64,000 bases of DNA from an uncultured Clostridia bacterium (GTDB taxonomy: Bacteria; Bacillota; Clostridia; Lachnospirales; CAG-274): positions 20,880 through 84,879 of the forward strand of contig CANRBC010000004.1 in assembly GCA_947628755.1 (NCBI GenBank), written 5' to 3'. The translations under genes were made by a program, and so were the position numbers. The first letter of the stretch is position 1; every line of letters begins with the position of its first letter. The notes beneath the pieces are model-generated. The model made no database searches, had not been told where the DNA came from, and saw nothing but the letters and a program-made list of their open reading frames with translations. Positions 16,824 to 25,280 of this stretch are shown one piece after another.

Positions 16824-17243
16824 ATGAGCTATAGATATTATGGTATATTAAGACCGCTTTCAATTGGTTGCTTTCCTCAGCCTAAAGGGAACAAGATATT
16901 GAATATAAACAATTTTGATAGTAGGGAATATGTGGAAGCCATAGATAGGCAGGCACTTGGCTATATAGAGTATGAAAGCCCTTTAACATTTCACGATGTC
17001 CAGAGTTATGAATTAATTGCTGTCAAAAGCGAAAAACTACACCTCAAATACATAGGCAAAGACAGTTGGGGCAGATATGTTTACAGGGACGAAAACGGAA
17101 ATCTCTGGAAGCACTTAAACTGCTGCGCTCCTCGTGAAGTTTGTATCGAGCTTGGCGATATGTTATATGCCTCCTCTAACAACAGTTTAGACGGGGAACC
17201 TGATTATCCTATGAAACCGCACATAAGTCCAGAGTTTATATAA
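16824..17243 (+). CDS. Hypothetical protein (139 aa) downstream of ardC
   Basis: RBS aaaggag. The N-terminal YGILRPLSIGCFPQP motif is reminiscent of domains found next to ArdC in mobile elements (recollection only). Confidence 0.5.
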   Translation: MSYRYYGILRPLSIGCFPQPKGNKILNINNFDSREYVEAIDRQALGYIEYESPLTFHDVQSYELIAVKSEKLHLKYIGKDSWGRYVYRDENGNLWKHLNCCAPREVCIELGDMLYASSNNSLDGEPDYPMKPHISPEFI

Positions 17244-17273
17244 ACCCTCTGCAATGTTATACTATTTTTGTTT

Positions 17274-17304
17274 AAACGCCCGAATTTCGGGTGTTTAAAT
17301 TTTT
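17274..17304 (+). terminator. Rho-independent terminator of the accessory operon
   Basis: Hairpin aaacgcccga-att-tcgggtgttt followed by aaattttt. Confidence 0.6.
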
Positions 17305-17381
17305 GACAAGGAATTTTGCGCTGGTCAGAACTAAAGCCTTGAACATCTTAAAAAATACACAAAACAAGGGAGGAAAAGACT

Positions 17382-17603
17382 ATGAATGCACGAGTAATTT
17401 TTGATATTTACAAAAACAATGAACGTGATATTGTCAGAGATGTATATATCGCAGAGAGTAAGTACAAACCGCTGCACGAAAAATTAAAACAACTTGACAA
17501 TGAATTGGCGTTTGAAATTGACAACGCCGTAGGTCGAATTGCAAGAGCCTATGAACTGCAAGGCTTCACAGGTGGATTGAAAATTTTAGATACAAACCGC
17601 TAA
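17382..17603 (+). CDS. Hypothetical protein (73 aa), last + strand gene before the tRNA operon
   Basis: RBS gggagg 8 nt before the ATG. No domain recognised. Confidence 0.5.
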   Translation: MNARVIFDIYKNNERDIVRDVYIAESKYKPLHEKLKQLDNELAFEIDNAVGRIARAYELQGFTGGLKILDTNR

Positions 17604-17644
17604 TATTTTAGAACACCATTGAAAACTTGTGTGATAAAAATGTG

Positions 17645-17686
17645 ATAAAAAAAGAGTTGAGAGGGCATTTTGCTCTCTCAAACTCT
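17645..17686 (-). terminator. Rho-independent terminator of the tRNA operon
   Basis: On the - strand: agagtttgagagagc-aaaat-gccctctcaactct followed by ttttttt. Confidence 0.65.
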
Positions 17687-17694
17687 GTTAAAAG

Positions 17695-17766
17695 CTAGGC
17701 TAGCAGGATTCGAACCTGCGAATGACGGAATCAGAATCCGTTGCCTTACCACTTGGCGATAGCCCA
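17695..17766 (-). tRNA. tRNA-Gln (anticodon CTG)
   Basis: Manual fold of tgggctatcgccaagtggtaaggcaacggattCTGattccgtcattcgcaggttcgaatcctgctagcctag. It gives a cloverleaf with a 7-nt anticodon loop ttCTGat. No encoded CCA. Confidence 0.85.
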
Positions 17767-17795
17767 TTATTGCACCGACAGATTATAATAAAAAG

Positions 17796-17867
17796 CTGGG
17801 CTGGCAGGATTCGAACCTGCGAATGCAGGGATCAAAACCCTGTGCCTTACCGCTTGGCGACAACCCA
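17796..17867 (-). tRNA. tRNA-Gln (anticodon TTG)
   Basis: Manual fold of tgggttgtcgccaagcggtaaggcacagggttTTGatccctgcattcgcaggttcgaatcctgccagcccag. Confidence 0.85.
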
Positions 17868-17881
17868 TCAGTAAAGTAAAA

Positions 17882-17953
17882 AGCGCGAGACGGGATTTGA
17901 ACCCGCGGCCCTCGCCTTGGCAAGGCGATGCTCTACCACTGAGCCACTCGCGC
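17882..17953 (-). tRNA. tRNA-Gly (anticodon GCC)
   Basis: Manual fold of gcgcgagtggctcagtggtagagcatcgccttGCCaaggcgagggccgcgggttcaaatcccgtctcgcgct. Confidence 0.9.
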
Positions 17954-17956
17954 AAA

Positions 17957-18041
17957 TGCAGCAGACGGGACTTGAACCCGTACCCAGTAAACCCGGACAA
18001 GATCCTTAGTCTTGCGCGTATGCCAATTCCGCCACTGCTGC
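17957..18041 (-). tRNA. tRNA-Leu, class II (long variable arm), anticodon reads AAG
   Basis: Manual fold: gcagcag tg gcggaattggcatacgc g caaga ctAAGga tcttg tccgggtttactgggt acggg ttcaagt cccgt ctgctgc a. The 5-bp anticodon stem caaga/tcttg leaves the loop c-t-A-A-G-g-a. Confidence 0.8.
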
Positions 18042-18075
18042 ATATATAGTTCGCATTGTTCCGAACACAAGAAAT

Positions 18076-18104
18076 ATTTTATCATTAACATAAGTAAATG
18101 TCAA
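18076..18104 (-). promoter_or_regulatory. Promoter of the tRNA operon (TTGACA-17 nt-TAAAAT on the - strand)
   Basis: -35 ttgaca is the reverse complement of 18099-18104 and overlaps the lgt stop codon. -10 taaaat is the reverse complement of 18076-18081. The 5' end of tRNA-Leu is about 35 nt downstream. Confidence 0.55.
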
Positions 18105-18997
18105 GAACTTTTTTCATTTTTTTGTTCAATAGTGCCGTAATTTTGCTTTTCTCTTAAATACAGTACAATGCCGACTGCAACAGCGCCTGTCATAATAACT
18201 GCCGATACAAGCATACTCACAGGAATATTGCCTATTTTGAGCTGGTCGCTTCTTAGTGACTCTATCCAAAAACGTCCCAGACCGTAGCCAAAGCAATACA
18301 TTACCGCAAGCTGTCCTTGAAATTTCTTGTGCTTCCTGCACATAAATATAATAATGAGAAGCGCCAGATTCCAAAGGCTTTCATAAAGAAATGTTGGGTG
18401 TACCTGTATATAATCCATACCGCTATATGTAACAATGGGATATTCCACATTTCCTTGATACAACGCCGTTTGTCCCTTTACAGCAAGACCGTTTACCGTA
18501 TCCGCTTTAAGAGCCATGGCAAACAGATTGTCCGTATATCTGCCGAATGCCTCTCTGTTAAAGAAATTTCCCCATCTGCCGAATATCTGACCCGTAAGCA
18601 GCCCCATTATTACCGTATCGGCAAATTTTAAAAAGCTGAGCTTTTTCAGTCTGACAAACACTATTGCCGCAGCAAGTCCGCCTAATATACCGCCGTATAT
18701 TGCAAGTCCGCCTTCTCTTATCTTAAAAAAATCCATAAGGCTGTCGCCATGGAATATAAGATAATAAAGCCTTGCCCCTGCTATTCCCGAAATAATGGCG
18801 GCAAAGGCAAAGTCAGAATACATATCCTGACTCTGACCCGTTCTCTTTGCCTCGTTAAGCGCCAGCATTACGCCAAGTATAGCTCCTACGGCTATAAAAA
18901 TGCCGTACCAGTATATATTTATGCCAAATATCGAAAATGCCACTCTGTCAAGGCTTTCGATGCTTATATTTATATGCGGAAAATAAATATCGCCCAT
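18101..18997 (-). CDS. lgt: Prolipoprotein diacylglyceryl transferase
   Basis: Polytopic membrane protein with the Lgt signature GRWGNFFNREAFG and a YGIFIAVG N-terminus. Confidence 0.9.
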   Translation of the reverse strand: MGDIYFPHINISIESLDRVAFSIFGINIYWYGIFIAVGAILGVMLALNEAKRTGQSQDMYSDFAFAAIISGIAGARLYYLIFHGDSLMDFFKIREGGLAIYGGILGGLAAAIVFVRLKKLSFLKFADTVIMGLLTGQIFGRWGNFFNREAFGRYTDNLFAMALKADTVNGLAVKGQTALYQGNVEYPIVTYSGMDYIQVHPTFLYESLWNLALLIIIFMCRKHKKFQGQLAVMYCFGYGLGRFWIESLRSDQLKIGNIPVSMLVSAVIMTGAVAVGIVLYLREKQNYGTIEQKNEKSS

Positions 18998-19000
18998 TTT

Positions 19001-20227
19001 TTATGCTCCTTTGCCGCGTATAACGGAAATCGCCATATTGTCCTCGTTGAATTCCGCTATATGCTTAAGAATCGTATCTACATCTATTTTATCATAATAA
19101 TTGTAAATGTCCAGTATTTCCGTATTTTTGCAGAAGCAATCTGCCACAGTTGAGGCAAATGAGTATATATCCTGCGCTTCAAACACCATTTTTGCCTTTT
19201 CCATATCCGCCAGACGCCTTATATATTCGCTGCTTATGCCATAGGCAGTATACTTACTTATTTCATCTGTTATTTTTTCCGCTATCTGTTTGTAATGCAG
19301 TCCCTCGCCCTTTATTATCGACGCTCCGAAGTCGTTGCCCACAACGTTTTCAAAGCCGAAGGTACTGTCTGCAAGCTTCTTTTTTACAAGCTGCTCTCTC
19401 AGCTCGGAGCTTTTGGCGGTCAGTATATTCATAATAACATTGCCTGCGCAGGTCCTTTCCTCTACGGAACTGTTTGTATCCTGACGGAAGCCTATATTGT
19501 ACACTGGCTTGTCAACGGGCTTTTCGGCAGTAATATTTTCCGTTTTGCCCTTTTCTTCTCCGTAAATAACCTTTTCCGCCTTGCCCTTATTGAGCTTAAG
19601 CTCCTTTTCGGCTTTTTCAAATACCGCCTTGCTTTCCACATCTCCCGCCACTATCAGGGCGCAGTTTTCGCCTGTGTAAAAGCTGCCGTAGCTTTCCTCC
19701 AGCATATCCTTTGTTATTTCCTCAACGCTTTCAACGCTGCCCGCAACACTTTCCCTGCACGGGTCTTTGCCGTAAAGTCCCTTAAGGGTATTGAAGTACA
19801 CCTCCCAATAGGGGTCGTCGTCGTACATTTTTATTTCCTGCTCTATAATTCCCTTTTCTTTTTTTATATTTTCCTCGGTAAGATAAAGACTTCCCACCAT
19901 TTTAAACAGCAGCGTCAAACCTCTGTCGAAGTTTTCGCAGCCTCTGAAATAATAGGCGGTAGTCGTAAAATTGGTATAGGCGTTTGTGTCTATTCCCAGC
20001 CTTGTAAAGCTGTCAAAAAAATTTATGCTTTCATCCTCAAACATTTTATGCTCCAGAAAATGAGCTATACCGTAGGGCTGCGTTATCTCTCTGCCCTCTT
20101 TGGTAAATCTTACATCTCTTGAGCCGTAATTGAAGGCAAGCATCGCCAGCTTTTCGTTATAGCCCTTTTTTGGCAGTACATAGCACATTACGCCGTTTTC
20201 AAGTCTTTTGCTTATAATATTTATCAT
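19001..20227 (-). CDS. M16 family (pitrilysin-like) zinc peptidase, active-site subunit
   Basis: Inverted zincin motif HFLEHKMFE (HxxEH) near the N-terminus. 408 aa. Confidence 0.85.
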   Translation of the reverse strand: MINIISKRLENGVMCYVLPKKGYNEKLAMLAFNYGSRDVRFTKEGREITQPYGIAHFLEHKMFEDESINFFDSFTRLGIDTNAYTNFTTTAYYFRGCENFDRGLTLLFKMVGSLYLTEENIKKEKGIIEQEIKMYDDDPYWEVYFNTLKGLYGKDPCRESVAGSVESVEEITKDMLEESYGSFYTGENCALIVAGDVESKAVFEKAEKELKLNKGKAEKVIYGEEKGKTENITAEKPVDKPVYNIGFRQDTNSSVEERTCAGNVIMNILTAKSSELREQLVKKKLADSTFGFENVVGNDFGASIIKGEGLHYKQIAEKITDEISKYTAYGISSEYIRRLADMEKAKMVFEAQDIYSFASTVADCFCKNTEILDIYNYYDKIDVDTILKHIAEFNEDNMAISVIRGKGA

Positions 20228-20228
20228 A

Positions 20229-21416
20229 TTAACTCCTTAACATATACACAGTATCCGACACGCGGTTGTCAAAAATGCCCTCTACGCTTTTGATTTTCTT
20301 TATCTCCTCGGCGCTTTCCTCCATATCCGGAGGGCTGTCCAGTATTATCTGTCCCAGACTGTAATCCATTATTCTCTCCGCCTTGTCCTCGGCGGCTCTG
20401 AAGGAATTGACAACAGAGGTCTTAGCCGTTTCAATATCCTCGTCGTTTATATTATTAAAAGCGTCTTCAACTATTTTTTCTACCTTTTCCTTGTTCCTTT
20501 CCTCTATTCCCGCCTCTATTATCATAATAGATTTAAAGCGCAGAAGCCTGCTTGAAATATAGTAGCAAAGGCTTTCCTTTTCTCTTGCCTCTATAAAAAG
20601 CTCCGAATTGGCATTTCCGCCGAAAAGCTCGTTTGCCACAAGAGCCTTATACCATTCGCCGCTTCTGGGGTCAATATTGAGCCTTATTCCCATGGCGAGC
20701 TTGCCCTGGCTTATATCCATTTTTTCCTCTACTTCCTTTATATTTTCCGGTCTTGCCAGATAGCTGCTTTCGTCGGATATACCGTCTCTTTCGGCAAAGG
20801 GCAGGTATTTTTCAGCATACTCCTTAAGAGTATCAAGCCTTATACTTCCTACGGACATTACAGTCACATCGGAATTGTCCATTACATATTCGTAGGCTTC
20901 CTTTATATCAACGCTGTCTATATCCTCCACATAGCCGTCACCGTTTATGCCGAATGCCTCGTCGGCGCACATATTTTCAATGCACCTTTCAACGGCATAC
21001 CGTCTTTTGTTGTTTACAAGGCTCTCTATATCGGCTTTCAAATCTGTTTTAGCCTCATCTACATTGTTGAATATAGGTTCAAAAAGAATATTGCCTGCCA
21101 GCTCAAAGGCATCCTCCGCAAACTCCGGCTCTGTTCTGAAATAGAGCTGTATTATCTGCTCCTCGCCCTTTTTCATTATGCTGCAGTCCATTACAGTGCG
21201 TATTTCCTCAAGCCTTACGGCAAGCTCGCGTTCGGTAATATATTTGTTGCAGCCCTTCATAAGTATTTTGGAAACAAGGGCATTTGCGGTCGCCGTTTCC
21301 CTTTTGAGAGGAAGCCTCAGCAATATACAGAAGGTCGCCGCGTCAAATTTATCCGTTTCCTCCGTGTATAAACTTACTCCTTTTTTTATAATCGTTTTTT
21401 TCATGATACACCCCAT
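20229..21416 (-). CDS. M16 family peptidase-like protein lacking HxxEH (non-catalytic partner)
   Basis: Same fold and size class as its neighbour and placed 1 nt from it, with no HxxEH motif. The start may be MKKTII at 21404. Confidence 0.75.
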   Translation of the reverse strand: MGCIMKKTIIKKGVSLYTEETDKFDAATFCILLRLPLKRETATANALVSKILMKGCNKYITERELAVRLEEIRTVMDCSIMKKGEEQIIQLYFRTEPEFAEDAFELAGNILFEPIFNNVDEAKTDLKADIESLVNNKRRYAVERCIENMCADEAFGINGDGYVEDIDSVDIKEAYEYVMDNSDVTVMSVGSIRLDTLKEYAEKYLPFAERDGISDESSYLARPENIKEVEEKMDISQGKLAMGIRLNIDPRSGEWYKALVANELFGGNANSELFIEAREKESLCYYISSRLLRFKSIMIIEAGIEERNKEKVEKIVEDAFNNINDEDIETAKTSVVNSFRAAEDKAERIMDYSLGQIILDSPPDMEESAEEIKKIKSVEGIFDNRVSDTVYMLRS

Positions 21417-21427
21417 TTATTTATTGT

Positions 21428-22201
21428 CTACATACTTTTTCTCATATTTTTAAGAGCGCTTTTTTCAAGACGGCTGACCTGCGCCTGGCTTATGCCTATT
21501 TCCTCGGATACCTCCATTTGGGTCTTGCCCTTAAAAAATCTCAAATCTATTATATGCCTTTCCCTTTCGTTAAGATTTTTGAGAGCCTCCTTAAGTGATA
21601 TGTTTTCAAGCCAGTTGGCGTCGCTGTTTTTATCATCGCTTACCTGGTCCATTACATACAATGCGTCTGTTCCGTCGTGATATATAGGCTCAAAAAGCGA
21701 TATAGGGTCTTGTATCGCCTCAAGAGCAAACACTACCTCCTCCTTCTCGACGCCTATTTCCTTGGCTATTTCCTCGACTGTAGGCTCTTTGTTTTTTTCA
21801 TTTATAAGTCTTTCCTTGGCTTGGAGAGCCTTATATGCCGTATCTCTTGCAGAGCGGCTCACTCTTATGGGATTGTAGTCGCGAAGATAGCGCCTTACCT
21901 CTCCTATTATCATGGGAACGGCATAGGTAGAGAATTTAACCCCTCTTTCGGTATCAAAATTATTTATAGCCTTTATAAGACCTATACACCCTACCTGGAA
22001 AATATCGTCCAGGCTCTCTCCTCTGTTGTTAAAGCGCTGTATCACGCTTAAAACCAGTCTTAAATTGCCGTATATATATTTGGCTTTAGCCTCCTCGTCG
22101 CCCTGTCTGAGCTTTTCAAAAAGCTCCTCCTTTTCCTCGGGAGTAAGCACGGGGAGCTTGCTCGTATTTACACCACAGATTTCCACCTTTGTAACAGCCA
22201 T
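21428..22201 (-). CDS. sigG: Sporulation sigma factor SigG
   Basis: Near-colinear identity with B. subtilis SigG as recalled: KVEICGV.TSKLPVL, GNLRLVLSVIQRFNNRGE, FQVGCIGL, KFSTYAVPMIIGE.RRYLRD.NPIRVSRS, GISQAQVSRLEK. Confidence 0.9.
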   Translation of the reverse strand: MAVTKVEICGVNTSKLPVLTPEEKEELFEKLRQGDEEAKAKYIYGNLRLVLSVIQRFNNRGESLDDIFQVGCIGLIKAINNFDTERGVKFSTYAVPMIIGEVRRYLRDYNPIRVSRSARDTAYKALQAKERLINEKNKEPTVEEIAKEIGVEKEEVVFALEAIQDPISLFEPIYHDGTDALYVMDQVSDDKNSDANWLENISLKEALKNLNERERHIIDLRFFKGKTQMEVSEEIGISQAQVSRLEKSALKNMRKSM

Positions 22202-22286
22202 AGAAAATCCCTCCTATGTCTATTAGGTTTGCCCTGTGCTGTTAAAATATTCAAATAACCGTATGCTAAAAAGTTCCATTTTCGGC

Positions 22287-22322
22287 AAAAAAATAAGACT
22301 GCCGAAGCAGTCTTATTTTTTT
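22287..22322 (-). terminator. Bidirectional hairpin terminator downstream of the pectate lyase gene
   Basis: ataagactgc-cgaa-gcagtcttat flanked by an A-run and a T-run. Confidence 0.75.
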
Positions 22323-22334
22323 ATTTATTAAGAT

Positions 22335-25136
22335 TTAGTTCTGAGGATGATTCCTTTCAACAAGCATTTCATAGCTGCTGTTGAGTACCTTCTGGAGTAT
22401 CTCTGCAACGTCGGCTGAGTCTATCTTTCCGTCCTCGTGAACGTCAAGCCACTTCATCCAGCCTGAGCTTTCGATATTGGTTGAATCGATAACGCCGCCG
22501 TCTTTCTGCGTAATAACGTTGCCTAAAACATAGTCAAACATCTCTACAACATCCGGGAGCTCTACACCGTCGCTACTGTTGTCGGCATTGCCGTAAACTT
22601 CCTTATCTCCTGCAGGTGTAGGAGGCTGAGATGTCGTGCCCTGAGTGCTGGGCTCGGTTGTAGTTGTTGTAGTATCTGTAGTTGTAGTCGTAGTTGACTG
22701 AGTACTGGACTCTGTTATTACAGGCTCGTCTGATACAACGCCAATGTAAGGAGTTGAGGCAACTATACCTCTGTCTGTAGCAGACTTTGCTGTGATAGTA
22801 GCCCAACCGCCGATCTCTGTTGAAGTAAGAGGCGCTATATTTTCAATTGTAGTGCCGTCTACAGTAAGTGTAACTGTTTTAGCATCAAGATCAAATAAGA
22901 ACTCATAACTGTATTCCTTATTCGGTGTAAATGCTATTGTCTTTGAAGAAAGACCATGGTCTTTATCATTATTTACTCTGAGCGTAAGAGCCTTGTCGCC
23001 ATTAGAGGCAAAAGCTGCTATTTCCGGATATGTTCCGTCTGCTGCCTTAGGACCTGTAACGCTTACAAGCGCCCATGAGCCTGCCGCTTTTGTAACAACA
23101 GGAGTAACCGTACCTCTTACAACTACCTTACCGCTCTTTATAGTTTCCTTTGTAGGAATATTAAGAGTAGCTGCAAGTGTTGAAGATGAATCTTTAAGTG
23201 TATATTTGTCTGTAGCGGAATCATAGGTTACTGATACCTTGCCGCCGTCTTCACCGCTGTTGTCCTCAGCAGCTCCTGTATCAACAGGCTTTGTATTAAT
23301 AGAAGGAGCAGCCTGAGTAGTAGTCTGAGTTGAAGTTTCAACAGTCTGAGTTGTAGCCTGAGTTGAAGCCTCTGTAACGGTAGTTCTTTCCTCAACTTCA
23401 CCGCCGGATTCCATACCGCCAACTTCTATCAATTTTGTTTTATAGCCGGAAACTGCGCTTGCCAAATCGTCATCAATAGCATGGTCGCCGCCATCATAAT
23501 TAGCGTCTGTGAATGCCTTGAAGCTGGTCTTTGGCTTGCCTATGGTTTCAAAGAAGTCGCCGCCCATTACACGTCCTGCATACATTTTTACCTTTGCGGG
23601 AACATCTTCAGGTGCGTCCGGCGTATAGCTATACATACTTGAATCAGTATCAAAGTTGTTATATTTGCTTCCGCCTGATAATGCAGTAACTGTTGCAGGA
23701 ACCTTCTCGTCTCTTGAAGTTGCAAGATAAGCGTCAAAGTGCTGTGTTGAATCTGTGGTATCTGAAGAACCATAGTAGATAGGCTCTGTGCCCGTACCCA
23801 TTTCAATAGCATTGGAGCCAACGATAACGTTATTGTATGCCTTTATCATACCGCCGGCTTCCTTAGAGAATGTAGCATTATTATTGCTATAACCGCTGCC
23901 GCCCATTAAATCAGAGCCCTGCATTGATATAAGCATAGGATGCTTGCAGTTATCAAAATAATTGTTCTCTACAAAAGCAGAAGAACCTGTTGTAACGCCA
24001 ACACCATACTTGCTGTTGTGGTCAAAGTAATTGTTATAGCTGTGTACAGTGTGCTTTCTTACTCTGGGATGTCTGGAATCTGAGTAATCAAACCAGTTGT
24101 GGTGATATGTAATATGACCTGCGCTTTCACCCATACCGCAGAGATTACACTTTCCTGAATCATAGAAATGATTATAGGATACTGTAACATAATCGAAGCC
24201 CTTGGAGTCTAATGAGCCGTCGCCCTTTATCTTATCTCCACTGCCTCTCTTACCATAGAAGAATTCGTTGTTATGTATCCAAATATTGTAGTTATCCGTA
24301 TCAATGGAAACACCGTCATCCTGAAAGCCCATAAATCCGATATTTCTTATTTCTACATTATTGGCGTCTCTTACAAGATATGACCAGCCTGAGCAGGTAG
24401 CATCGTCGCCTACACCCTCGATAGTAACATTATAGCAGCCCTTTACCTGAATATATCCGCTGCTGTTTATTCCTTTGGGGCTTGTTACCTGACCTACCAT
24501 TCTGACAATAAGAGGAGTCTTGTCATAGCCCTTCTGTCTTGATTCCATAATAGCGGCAAAGCCAACAGAATGAGTAACAGCGCCCTTATCGTTTGTGATA
24601 ACGTCGAGTGCAACGCTGTCCTTTGTTTCCTCAGTAATATAAATTATCTGAGCATTGCTTGGAACTGTACCGTCGTCGTTATAACCGCCGGAGGCAGTCT
24701 TATTCGTTGACTGGCTTGAAAAAGCAAAGCCTGAACGGTCGTGAGCAATAACATTAAGCGTGTCGGAAGTAAACGCCTTGCTTTCGTCCAGCTTACCGTC
24801 GAAAGCGGGAACGACCTTTATAACATAGCTGCCTGCCTTTAAGCCTAAAGCGTCAGCTCTGAAGCAGTCGGGGTACTTTCTTATAAGCTCGTTATCAAGT
24901 CTTTCATAAGCTGAATCTGCTGCGCTTGCTTCCTTAACATAAGCCGCATAACCGCTTGCGCCGGAAACAGATGTCCACTCTACATAAGCTGACTCCAGCC
25001 AGCCGTTCTGCTCAAGTACATAAGGACTTGTAGCCGCAGATACTGTAGATGTGGCAATATTTACCACTATAATACTTGTCATAAGCATTACAGCAGAGAG
25101 AATTAAACTCATAACTCTCTTTACATTCTTACTCAT
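22335..25136 (-). CDS. Secreted multidomain pectate lyase (PL1-like beta-helix) with Thr-rich linkers, a middle beta-sandwich module and a C-terminal type I dockerin
   Basis: Signal peptide MSKNVKRVMSLILSAVMLMTSIIVVN. Catalytic-region motifs include SDSRHPRVRKHTVHSYNNYF. Two T/Q-rich linkers. C-terminal duplicated Ca-binding segments GNADNSSDGVELPDVVEMFDYVLG and DVHEDGKIDSADVAEILQKVL. Confidence 0.85.
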   Translation of the reverse strand: MSKNVKRVMSLILSAVMLMTSIIVVNIATSTVSAATSPYVLEQNGWLESAYVEWTSVSGASGYAAYVKEASAADSAYERLDNELIRKYPDCFRADALGLKAGSYVIKVVPAFDGKLDESKAFTSDTLNVIAHDRSGFAFSSQSTNKTASGGYNDDGTVPSNAQIIYITEETKDSVALDVITNDKGAVTHSVGFAAIMESRQKGYDKTPLIVRMVGQVTSPKGINSSGYIQVKGCYNVTIEGVGDDATCSGWSYLVRDANNVEIRNIGFMGFQDDGVSIDTDNYNIWIHNNEFFYGKRGSGDKIKGDGSLDSKGFDYVTVSYNHFYDSGKCNLCGMGESAGHITYHHNWFDYSDSRHPRVRKHTVHSYNNYFDHNSKYGVGVTTGSSAFVENNYFDNCKHPMLISMQGSDLMGGSGYSNNNATFSKEAGGMIKAYNNVIVGSNAIEMGTGTEPIYYGSSDTTDSTQHFDAYLATSRDEKVPATVTALSGGSKYNNFDTDSSMYSYTPDAPEDVPAKVKMYAGRVMGGDFFETIGKPKTSFKAFTDANYDGGDHAIDDDLASAVSGYKTKLIEVGGMESGGEVEERTTVTEASTQATTQTVETSTQTTTQAAPSINTKPVDTGAAEDNSGEDGGKVSVTYDSATDKYTLKDSSSTLAATLNIPTKETIKSGKVVVRGTVTPVVTKAAGSWALVSVTGPKAADGTYPEIAAFASNGDKALTLRVNNDKDHGLSSKTIAFTPNKEYSYEFLFDLDAKTVTLTVDGTTIENIAPLTSTEIGGWATITAKSATDRGIVASTPYIGVVSDEPVITESSTQSTTTTTTDTTTTTTEPSTQGTTSQPPTPAGDKEVYGNADNSSDGVELPDVVEMFDYVLGNVITQKDGGVIDSTNIESSGWMKWLDVHEDGKIDSADVAEILQKVLNSSYEMLVERNHPQN

Positions 25137-25280
25137 TAGTTAATTCCTCCTTAAAAATTTATATATGATTTTCGCCAAAAGGCGATATATATTAAGTATA
25201 CTACTTTTTAAAAGCAAAAACAATTAATTTAATGTAAAAACCCCTCTGTATTTTTCACAATATTTCACAAGGATTTTTGT

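Noticed and set aside
1-17650. Looked for integrase, excisionase or repressor genes to define the prophage as complete, or as a tailocin.
   Set aside because: None is in the window. The region starts mid tail module, so completeness cannot be judged here.
17767-18000. 77-aa ORF on the - strand.
   Set aside because: It is a translation straight through three tRNA genes.
22202-22290. Attempted to call a sigma-F/sigma-G type promoter upstream of sigG (for example gcata... or gaata... with cctaata).
   Set aside because: Spacings and -10 matches are poor (a 20-nt spacer for the best pair). It cannot be supported by eye.
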